A DNA stretch of 64,000 nt, taken from NCBI GenBank assembly GCA_002269645.1, contig NIVC01001503.1, positions 212,732-276,731 on the forward strand, in the 5' to 3' direction. Source of the stretch: Macrostomum lignano. Taxonomy: Eukaryota. Position numbers and translations under genes: made by a program. Shown piece by piece: positions 12,996 to 24,691 of this stretch. Below the pieces are notes generated by a model. It saw only the letters and a program-made list of their open reading frames with translations. It ran no database searches and had not been told where the DNA came from. Each line of letters starts with the position of its first letter. Within the stretch, counting starts at the first letter, position 1.

Positions 12996-15900
12996 CTACT
13001 GCTGCTCGGTCATGTGACTGTTGAGAGCGCGAAGGCCGTAGAGTAGGCTGGCCTGCATCCTGGAGTCCATGATCACCAGGTTCACGTGCACCTGGAGGAT
13101 GGTGAGGGGATTTTATCAACCATGATTATAATTGTGCACGGGGTAAACGGCCGGAGTAGAAATGTGTGCATCTTCATAAGCAAATGCCTCGTTATCTAAT
13201 TAGTGTAAAGGCAGTTCTTACCTTTTCAGACTGCCTGAAGCCGGGCATGGCGCGCTTATAGTGGGCCTTAGTAACCTGGTCTGGACAGCAGGCCACCAAC
13301 TTGCAGTACTTCTTCAGGTCGATGTTAAGCAGCTTGTTAATTAGTTGATAATCATAGTCGTCGTGCCTGAGGCCGAATATGCTCAGTATATAGTACCAGA
13401 TAGCCCGCCTGAATGGCGTGGTCTCTACGTCCTGATTGGGGCCCATTGTGCCGTAGGTGAGGCTGGAGCAGGCCTGGAAGCGCCGGTTCAGCTCCGTGCC
13501 AAAGGCTGGCAAGAAGCGGTCAATGAGGCAGCTGCCGTCCTCCTCCCAGGAGTAGTCTTGGATGCGGAAGCTGTGGCACTTGGTGTCCTGCTTAACCTGA
13601 TGGAAGTCTTTGTACTCAAAGCTGGGATCGTCGCAGAAGTTGGCGAGCTCGGCGCAGACCTGCTCAACACTGCTGTCGCTTAGTTGCTCTTTAGAGGCGG
13701 CCTTGTGAAATCGAATACCGGCGGTCTCCTCTTCCATGGTCTCGAATCGTTCGAGCAGCTGGTCCTCGGGCAGGCTGGAGTCGACTGTACCATCAATGCT
13801 CTTCATCGCCTCCATGAGGTCTAGCACTCGCTGCTTTGGGTCAGCCTGGCAGGCGAGGGGAGGGTACGGGGATTAGGAATTAACGATTTTGATTAACTGC
13901 TTATCACATGCTTAACTCAATGATGCTAGCTAGATAGTTTCGAATTTGAATTCCTTCTAAAGCCTTTATTTGCTTGTTAGAGCACAGCTTCATGAAAAAA
14001 GAAAGAAAAGTGCAAATCAAGATTGAATAGAAGGAAGGGAGGTCAAAGAGAGGATGAAAGATAGGAAAAGGAATTAGGATTTGCATCTAGCATGAGGGAG
14101 AGAGTACGGCAGGGCCGAGGAGGAGACAGACTGTACAGCGCAGGCAGTATGCAGAAGTGGAAAAAACCCGGGGATTTTCCACAAGCCTTTCGCAGTCGGC
14201 ATTTGCCGAGAGAAGCAGAGTGGGCATCGGAGCTTCTATCTCTCACTCTTTAAGACGAGAAAGGGTGCATTGCGTAGGCGGTAAAGCAAACTAATATTAT
14301 TAGCACACAAGCTGAACAGTTATGGCTACATTTCGCAGCAGTTTTACGTTTTTCACTAAGTATTTAGGTCAACATAAGTTGATATGATTTGCATGTTCAA
14401 GGCTAATTAGTTTACCATCAAGTTGTTTAGAAATGATAGACATTCTAAGCGAAATATTGACAAAGCTATACAATAAAAGTTCATTTTCAAGTACTAATTA
14501 CGGCTGCTCACCCCCGGGCTAGACGGCGCCGGACTTGCCGGTACACCGCAGCTGCCGTTCATGCTGCCGCCGGCGCTTGCGTGCAGGCCAAACCGGTCTG
14601 CGCCGCTGTCAAACTGATAGGTGTGGCCGTGCGGAAAGTCCAGCTCCGGCCGGACCCCGGTGCCGGCCACGAAGCCGGACAGGGCGATGAAATGGGACAG
14701 CAGGCAGAGGGCGTGGACGAACTCGCTTTGAGAGTAGGAGTCTGGCCCGGACAGCAGGCTGCGGAGCACGGCCGGGGTGACGTCCCACGGCCGGTGGGCC
14801 AGCAGGCGGCACAGCGGGCCCAACTTGCGCATCTTGGGCGAGGCGTGAGCGAGGCCGCGCAGCCACTCCGGATCGCCGGACAGGTGCAAAAATTCGATAG
14901 CGTGCAGGTGCACCAGGTAGGAGCAGCGGTGTCTCGCGGCGGCCTGTTGATAGTAAACATTAAGAATTCAGCTGATCAAATAAATGTTTTAACAAATGAT
15001 GAGCAAACCTGCTACTTACTGCAGATTAATTGTCTTTCTCTAAGCTTTAAGTTTCTATAAAACTGTATTCTATAATCATTGGAGAAAAGTCATGGGAGCT
15101 GGGAACTCACCATGATAGCCAGGTAGTGACGCTCGGCAACGCCAATAGGACCATTGCCTTGCAGCAGAGTATTGTGGAACTGCAAAAATATGGCCAGGTA
15201 GTCCGGGTGATAGGCCATAACGTGGAACATATTGCAGCACCTGTGCCATTCGTGGAACTGTTCCAGCAGAAGCGCCTGACTCCGCTCCACCTGCTCCTGG
15301 TCGAGCTCGTGAGCCGACAGGGCTACAAGGTTGCCAGCCGTCGATTCACCGGCGGCGCCGGCGTCCTCGTCGCCGTCGCCATTCAGCGTATTGTAATGGC
15401 GTCGCCTAGGCAACTGTTGCGGCTGCATAGTCGGATCGAGTGGCACCAGGTCGCATTGCTTGATGAAGTTCGAAGCTCGATCGATGCGTGGCCTGGGCAC
15501 TCGCATGTTCAACGAATCCTGCAAAGACGGTGGAACAGCGGCGTTGTCCACTGCGTCAGCTGATGCCGCCTTGGCGCCATTGGCCAAGGGCTTGCCAAAT
15601 TGTTCGCTATCTCTGCTACGACGCAAGCTGTCCCGATACCGATCGGCCAGCATTCTGTAATACTCTGTATCCGCTCGGCTCCACTCTTTGTTACTAGCAG
15701 AGCTCCGTTTGCGCCCAACGTTGGCGCCTAAACTACTAGACAGACACGCAGTGCAGGCAGTGCAGGCAGATTCAGTGGGCTTCTGTGGAGAACGCTTTCT
15801 TCGACTAGTCTGCCTTATAGGCATTGACTCGGTGGCTGCTTCTCTAGTCATTGGAAAACTTTCTGAGAACCTTTGCAGGCAGACAACGCTTGATATAAAA

Positions 15901-18900
15901 AGTAAAGGTAATCTAGTCAATACACGATTGGGTTTTGAATCATGCAAACTTAGGGGACAGCCCTTTAATAGGTTTCTGAAACAAGGGAGGTGAGGTGGGC
16001 GTTAAAGGTTGAAAGACTCAGGGCGCAAGGCCTTCAGCGGCATTGTTCTTGCATGACCCTACAGGCCTACAAGGTATAACACAACCAGAGAAATTTCATC
16101 AGCTATGGGGTTTATTGCGGGGAATTCCAGTGCGGGGTTGCCCAAGCCCAGGGCGCGACCTTGAAGAGGGAAGGCGAGGAGCAACGCTATTGGCTGGGAC
16201 AGGCAGTAAACAGGCCAGGGGGGTTGGGGTGGTGAGTTAGAAAAGTTTAGAACTGACGGCAAAGCATGCACGAAGCGAATGGTCTTGCGAATTTCAACTG
16301 ACGCGACCTCTCAGTTTCAAAACCAAAGCCTTACTTTACTACCTCACTCGCCCACCTATGCTTGGCATTTTGTTTTTGTCAAATCTAATTCTCCATTATT
16401 AGCTAGACTACAGCTTCAATATGAATTTTATCATAGGTGATGACCTAATAATTGCTCGTATTTGTACTTTGCAGACAAAAAACAACCCCAAGGCTCCAGT
16501 GGCGGCGGCTAGGGGAGGGGCGAGGACGACTGACAAGTTGAGAGTTGACATTGAAAGAAAAAATGTTTGCATGAACCCAAGGACCGGAGGGGAACGAAGC
16601 AATAGCTTGTTTTACACCCAAAATGCACTAGACTAGAGAGAGGGAGTACCTTAGCGTAGAAAATGGTAAGAACTGTTTTAGCCTTAACTGCGATTATACC
16701 TGTAAACCAATAATCAGTTATTGTAGTGCAACTGATCTAGTTTATTTCACCTGCAGACATGCTTGTACTTTTAGTTGGAAATTTAGCACTTATTAAACTG
16801 GCTAACTTGACTTTACTTGACTGGCTAACTAAACAAAGCAAAGTAAAGTTCCGAAGATAAAAAGATACGAATTGACAGACACATTAAAAATAAGCAAATT
16901 GTTATCAGCTAATTCCAAAGCTAGGGACCAAAATATCTCAGAGACAGAAGTACTTTTGCATCACGCTTATACAAAATGAGCTGCGGAATTCAACTTCAGT
17001 AAATATTATTTTCAACTGCACTTATTTTCCATTTTCCATGTTAAGAAGTAAGAACTGTACTTAATCACTCTTAATAATAACAAACGTTTTTTGACCTACA
17101 GATGATTCATGAATTTGCACTCAAACTAATACAAGACAGGGCACACAGTGTAGTGGCATTTATTGCTTTACAATTATTTAATCATTTCTATTTCTTGCTC
17201 GAAAACAAAACTGAAGCCTCGACCTCGACCTTGAATCGTGTTTTAATGATGTTTACAGCCTATTTTTCAGCTATAATACTGTGTATATACGTACTATTAT
17301 ATGTATTGGATTTAGAATTTTTAACTCGAGGGTCAGTGGACCATCTCTCTTGACCCCCTCTGGATTTGACATTGTAGCAATTCGTGACAAAACAACATTA
17401 GTGGATTTGTTTAGGATAGGAATAGCCTGGTGCTGGGATTATGGAATGGGGATAATCACTGTACATAAACAGTGCACATCATGCTAGATGCATTCAGCTT
17501 CAATTAAACTAACAATTTTAGCCAACCCATCATGTTCCTCTCCCGCTTTTTAAATCTTTCTTTAAGTTGACGTAAGTATAGAAAAAACAGTTACTGGCTC
17601 CGCTACTTGTACTTTTAATTATCTATAGCAACATTATAGACTGTGCAAGCCGGCTTAGTTTATATTATACCTCCCTGCCCCAGCCAGGACTAAGCCTTCT
17701 ATAATCTACAAACTTTCACTCCTACTGACTTTAGTTCAGTCAGCTTCCATAACTCTTAGTCCTAGCCCTAGTAGAGTCCTATATAGACCAGAAGTGTCTA
17801 TTATAAGTTCTGATCCGACTCTGCCCTTACATAGCTGAAATAATTTACTCATTCTTCACTCCAGGGTCTAACCCCCTTCTCTCTCTACTCTTCGCTCTTA
17901 AAGCCTTTTTACCACAGGCATAAAGTTTCTTTTCCGTGGTACTACCGAGACGGAAATACAATGGTAGATTGCGTAGTAGGTAAGGGGCTGAAATAATGGC
18001 CAAACACGAGTGCGCGTAGCGCGTAATGCGCGTAGCGCACGAGTGTCTATGGCCATTATTTCAGCCCCTTACCTACTACGCAACGTCATTGTCTATAAGA
18101 CACAGCCTGGCCATTATTTCAGCGTGCCGGAAGCGGTCATTATTTCAGGGTAAGAGTCTGCGTGCGTGCGACTGCGTAAAGAGGGCGGTGGTTGGGCCAT
18201 AGACTATAAATAAAAAAGCTGTTGGGCCATAGACTATAAATGAATAAGCTGATGATAGGCTTGAGCTGACGAGAAGTAGAGATAGTCGAGATCGAGGATT
18301 AACAGAGCTGTCTTTTCTTTTTTCGGCTATGGCGCTTATCAATTGGTCGCATCTTCCCGTGGACAGCCTTAACGGAGTATCTAGATATGAGTTAGAACTA
18401 CTATCCAAGCTAAGTGCAAAGGAGCATCAACAGGATGTAGAATTGAGTTCATTTATCAAGTGGCTCGAAGATCCACTGGCTGATTCTGGAGACTTGCCGG
18501 AGCTGCCTCCCGCTGAAGATGGAGTCAACCTTGACGCCGTGGAAATCCAGTCGTTGCCAAGAACGTCTAGGGAGCAAATGATGCGACATGGTGGAGCCTT
18601 TAAAAAGTTCCATTCCCTTATGCCAGTTAATATATGAATACTTTAACTAATCGTCTATGGTTCAAACGTCTGTTAAAGCTGAAATAATGGCCAGTTGAGT
18701 TTGTCATTACGCCAGGCTGTGTCTTCTGGACAATGCCAAACCCTAGTCCCTAAGGCTGCATATGGTGTATATAGCTACATGTAAGCCTATATACAAACAT
18801 AACGCACAAAAGTACAGTGCAAACTAAAAATCCATTAAAGAAAGGTAGACGGATTTGGCTAGTCGAGTCTAGCTAGCATCGAGTCGAGTCTAGTGGTGCA

Positions 18901-20959
18901 TCAATATAGGAATAGAAAACGTGAACAGACAAAAGGCGATACAATGAATGTAGCTAACAAAAAATTCATAGTTAGCAGACAGGCCTGACTAGAGGAGCTA
19001 GACTGACTATCTTAGGAAAACTTTCTTATTTACTACTTTAGCTCGAAGTTAAACTTTAAAGAGACAACTCGTGTACAGATTTTAGAAAGTACATATACAT
19101 GCAATAATTTTCCACTTTGAATACAACAGAAATAACTAATCAATAATTTACTGCATTACTAGGGTAGGATATAATTCACCCCATCAAAGTTGTTGATCAC
19201 TAAGTTAAATATAGCATAGCTAAAACGTCACACAATATAGTGAGTTGTACCCAATTTTACTTGTACATATAGATAATATAATATGAGCTATAATACAGTA
19301 ATTAATGTATGCAATAAAACAGCGAAGTTAATTACGTCGGTTCACTTACTAGGTAATAGTTTGGTTGGATAATATAAATAATGATGATGGCACTGAGAGA
19401 GAATAGTAATAAACACTTGCGTATATAAGTAAAGTCTAGGGCAATGTATTTAGGCAACAGGGTACGTACGTAGGTTACAGGTGGGGTAGAAGGTTGAACT
19501 TGAAATTCTGGATCTCACCACTATTAGACTGCTGAAACACAGCTTAAGATAAATATTAAAGTGGTGAAACGTATAATAAGAAAAGGACATTTAATTAGCC
19601 GGGGGTGTGTCCGCGAGGGACCAATCAGCGCCCGAGTATGCACACTGTACGGCCTTCGGGTGTGGTCGCCCCACCAGTATTAAGTGCGTACGTGCATTTA
19701 GTGTTTTTGGAAAAAAAGACAGGCGGGCCAGGGAGGGGGTTGATGAGAACTTGACGGCCTTGAATAGTTTTGGGGCAAGGAAAGGCCAGGGGAGCCTGCT
19801 GTAGGAAATAAGACTGATTCTAAAAATAGCCACATTCATGAGCGAATAAAGCAAGGACCACACACAGGCATGACTAATCAGAGGAAAAGTCGAACCGAGC
19901 TAGGCCTCTGATTATTATTGCGCACAATTAGTGAAAAGTACAAATATAGGACGGAGGCTACGAAACAAAAACACGTATCATTACTCGCACCCGAGCCTTG
20001 TAAACAACATGCAGTTGCAGATCCAATCAAACTGAACTGAACGCAACAATATTGCAGTGAGACCAGCAAGGAAGGCTTGGTGGAATAAGACTAAGACAAA
20101 AATGAAAGCCGTATACATGATAACCGTAAACACTATAGATTTTCTTACCAAAAGTTTGGGACACGCCCCCCCCCCCCCACATAAAAAACTGGCACTCCCT
20201 ACGCCTATGTATTAATTAAGGAAGGCCTGTAAATAAGTGAATAACAAATAAATTATTCGGCGCAAAATAAATAACAGATTGGGAAAAATAACATACAGTA
20301 CCCAATAAACAGCTAAATCCGCTTTAACTCACGCTGTCGGCTGCCGCGGGGCACACAAGTTAAGCTCTTCTTTAAAGATTCAAAATCCATAACGCGTGAA
20401 CTTGTAAAGGAACTACGAGCATGCAAAAGTGCCGTCACTTCGTGGCATGCTGATCACCTCGCCATCACCAACCGATTGATTGAACTAGCCTAACTTTCAT
20501 GGGACAGCCGAATCACGAATGACATTGCTTTAACTTCTGCGCCCCGCGTGACAGTGACAGCGTGCGCGAGTAAGGGGATTAGCTGTTCGCGAGTAAAGCC
20601 GAACAACATTAGCTTAAATTTTTTACCTGGACAAAGTCGAGCAGCTCGCTTGCCTTCTCACGAGTGTCAGCCAGAGGCGCAGCCTTGGCAAGCCGCAACA
20701 ATTCAGGCAGCTGTTCTTCAATGTTTCGCCTAAATGATGGATCTCCACCTGCGAGACTTAAACTGTCTAAGTACTGAGACTCGGTTTGAGTAGGCGGCGA
20801 ACCAAGTCCATGGTACCACACTCGAAATGTGGTCTGGCACTGGGAAACAGTGTCTTGTCTAACATTTGGTTCCCTAGATGATAGACTCCGAAGCATTGAG
20901 ATTGAGTCAACAGTTCTATCAATTGGCAAGGTTGATGGCTCCGTGTAGCTTTCTGCCAT
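12996..20959 (-). CDS. SESN: Sestrin with SESN1 long-isoform-like N-terminus; exons 20959-20627, 15518-15111, 14943-14512, 13845-13222, 13091-12996 (630 aa)
   Basis: Sestrin motifs: LLRLAKAAPLADTREKA, MAYHPDYL, AAARHRCSYLVHLH, LAHRPW, FRIQDYSWE, RRAIWYY, RHDDYDY, FRQSEKVHVNL. All GT-AG, all phase 0, stop TAG at 12998-12996. Confidence 0.95.
17969..18735. mobile_element. Hairpin/TIR element, possibly a non-autonomous Crypton-like (tyrosine-recombinase) DNA transposon, with a 102-aa ORF remnant (18329-18637)
   Basis: Perfect 34-bp inverted repeat (17969-18002 / 18050-18083); ~25-bp TIR pair 18088-18112 / 18711-18735; motif ggccattatttcagc repeated in both orientations. The Crypton assignment rests on recalled resemblance of the hairpin end and N-terminal peptide. 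Confidence 0.5.
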
Positions 20960-21235
20960 TGTATATTTTTTATTAAAATTCCAATTTTCTGAAATAATAT
21001 CAAAATAATCTTATTTAAGAGTATATTTTATAATGGTAAAAAGTCTTTATGCTTTGTTTTTATATAGTATATTTGAGTTGGCAGATATCTATAAGGAGAT
21101 ATACATTAAACCTAGCTAGCTAGTCCACTCAGCTTTGAATATGAGATATAGCTCATACTAAGCTATAAAATCCTATATAGTTTGAACTCACTCAAGAGAA
21201 CAAATGTTAATCAAAATATCAAAAAGGAAAGCATA

Positions 21236-21824
21236 TCTCTACATATAAAAATCAAAACTCTGTGTGTCTGTGTGTGGACAATTTTGATTGCTATGGACTC
21301 CTAAGCTGCTCAAACAAATTATACCATAATATATATATTATTGTTTACATCATTATGCTATTGCTATAATGATATTGCATATATTAGAATTGATTTTTAA
21401 AAGACAATCTATGTACTATCAATGATTTAATATGATATCTAAATACTTTTAAATATAAATCTAAATATATATATAATTCTTAAAATTTATACTAACTTTT
21501 ACTAACACTACCATTGCATATAATAGGCCAATATAGGCATATATAATGCCAAGTTTATCAAGGACCTTTTAAATGCACTAGATTTTTGCATTTTATATGC
21601 AAAAAGATTGCAAAAAGATATGCAAAAAGATTCAAAAAGATATATGTACTAGATTTTTCTAGTGCATTTAGTGCCACATATACTCCTATACATTAAAATA
21701 TATAACACACGTTAAAATAGTTTATGCAAAAAATAGAAAGATTCTACCTATAATGTTGAAAATAAAAACTTACTATTATTTACTAAGTTGTTAGTTCTAT
21801 TTATTAAAAGTAACTATTTGCTAG
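21236..21824 (+). mobile_element. Possible decayed non-autonomous Helitron
   Basis: A|TCtctacatataaaaatc start followed by tgtgtgtctgtgtgt...gctatggactcc, as in invertebrate Helitron-N 5' ends; candidate CTAG|T at 21821-21825 but no clear 3' hairpin. Confidence 0.3.
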
Positions 21825-24691
21825 TATTATATTCTAAAAGCACTTTATTTAGATAGTCTTATAAAATGACCCGCAGCTATACAATTAACTGATTTAATTT
21901 AGCAAAAAAAGAGCCATTGGCATTTATATAACTTTGTAAACACTAAATTAAAGATTTTAAACAATTTATAACTAATAATCATTATCTAATACTAGACTTA
22001 TATGTATATGTGTCTTGTTAATTATAATGTATATAGGTCTATACCTAGATATACAAGCTTATAGTTAATGCTTATTTTTTTTAATTATTTTTTGGTTAAA
22101 TGAAATTTTAATTGGATTTAGTTAATTAATAACAAAACAATTATTTTTTTGCAATAAAGAAATCATATTTGGGCCTAACCCATTGGCCTATCTGTCCATG
22201 GTATAAGTTATAACCCTACTCCTAGGGTAGGCCCATATTACAAAAAGTTGGCCTACTAATCCCATCAGGACATTACCAAGGCCAGGACATTTATTTGTGG
22301 GGCTGCATACCATAGTTCAGATCGTGTATTAGTGTATGCTGGAAAAAATGACGAGACCTCATTTGTAGGCCTATGCCAGGTTTGTGCACAAATACAAAAA
22401 ATTGTCATTTGGCACAATGTATCTGCTATGTCATGTATACCAGGATATATCCTGATGTACGCTGAAAAATGGTAAGACCCTTGTTGTACACCGGGAAATC
22501 CCAGCAAGCATGTTCCCCTTCCGAACTATGGGCCCTACATATCTGTAAATTAGTAGTAGTAGTAAGAGTAAGAGAATTTGGCTCAGGCAATTAGCCTGTT
22601 TGGCCAATATATTATAGAGCTATGTATTTGGAATTTTCGAATATAGAAGTTTATAAAGACGATTTGACGACGATTTGCTGAGTTATTGTAAAAGATAAAG
22701 TATTTGAAAGCGCGCCAGAATTTTTACGGTATTTTTAGACGAAAAGTGACGACTAACAACTAACGAGTATAAATATTAATACAAAAATGAGTACAAATTA
22801 CGAGGTATAGCTTTAATTGCGAGATTACTTTGGTAAGCGAGTTTGTAAAAAAAAAAGATGTAGTATTTTTGAAAGCGCGTGATATTTCAAAGCGTGAAAA
22901 ACGAACATAAACAATACTTCGAAAGAATTTTACTTTTAACGAATAACGACGATTTAAATATAGGAAATTAAAAAAGACAGTAAATGAATAAACAACTGAA
23001 AAGCGGATTTGTTACACTGCTGATGTATCTGATTCAGTTTGTTTAACTGTTTTAGCTATTCATGACTTCATATATTTTAGCTACACCAGTGAGCTCTTTA
23101 AAATTAAATTACTTAAAACTCAAATTTAAATACTATGCCTATGGGAATCATAGCTATACTAGTTTAGAATTAACAAATTACCTAAGTCAACTATGCCTAG
23201 GATATTAAAATAAGACTGGGCCTTAGAATAATCAATATCAGCATCAAAAAGTGTATGCCAGTCACAAATACGAAGGAAGGTAGATTAAAAACAGTTTTAT
23301 ACACCGACGCACGTTCAGCACGTATCGTTCCTGTCATTGTTCTATAAGTTCGTCGAAGGGGGAGTTGAGTGGAGTCAACTGTAGCTAAATAACTGTCACT
23401 GTCAGACTGCAACACTTAACAGTTATAGGCTATAGCCATAGCCATTCTTACTCAAGTCTCGAGTTACTGTCATTGCTAAAAATAAAGTTTCCACGAACGG
23501 ACTTGAGAATATATTATTTAAACTATGAAATATTTATAGAGCACAATTGCAGTTTGGAAATAAAACAAATTATGATTTAGTTTTTGTGCCTTGTCTACTG
23601 TTTAACCGTAATTCCTTCTAGATAGTTTTTTATAAATAGTTCTTTTTACTCCTAATTCTTTAATACGAACACCCACGATTCGAACTTACATCGTCTTTAG
23701 TGTGATTGCTTTTGAACAGTAGTTTATCAAACGATGGAAGTGCTGATAAGTATTAAAGAATTAAATTTACACTAAACACCATGGCAACGTTTTAGGACTT
23801 TGGAAGTGAGATAACTCCAGTTGGGAGAGTCTAAAAGCCAAAAATCCGTTTATTTTTTTACATGTATTAGCCTTGTTGCAAATAAATCGAGCTATTTGAT
23901 TCACAAGTATTACGTCACAATACAAAACAAGTAAAGAAGTCATCATTCCCAACGCCATATTTTATTGACCCTGTTAAGTGTGGACGAACATGACTTCGGA
24001 TATTAAGATGCGAAGGTGGGTCCGCTTAGCAGTCTAGTGTATTGACTTTGAATAAAAACGAGAAATTTTTTAGTTTTGAAGCTTTGAAAGCTAGACTAAA
24101 TGTACTAGCGCAACAGCAAATTTTAAGTGTGTCAAGTGTATATTTAGAATAAAAGTAACCGGTTTTGTTATATGCTCGTTCCCAGGTTTTTAGTGCAATC
24201 GCTGTTCATAGATTTGCAGGAATATAAGTAGAGTAGAATGCATATAAACACAGTGAAATATTCAAGATACACAATTCGAACTAATTAAGACATGACAATC
24301 AATAAAAACATGCAACACTTTTGGCAGTTGGATGAATTGTTTGTAGTGACTAAGAAAGTGATAGCAATCTATACGCGCATAGTTCAGAATTCGAAACCTC
24401 GGATATTGCAATTCTGAGATTTTTGTTGCCAAAACCGTGTAATGAAAATTCTATGCTGGTTTATGTACGAGCGTAAATAGCCTAATAAATGAAAAGAATG
24501 ACAAAAAATAACAGGATAACAGAAAGCATGGTAATGATCAGCAAATAGTGAGCATAGATAGAAAAACTGAACAGAAAAACAGAATTCAAATAGCAGATAA
24601 AAACAGCAAAAGAAAGTAACTAACGACAAATAAATGGTATTCACACAGTCACAGAGTCCAAAATGGATACCACGAGTGAGTTGAATTTCAG

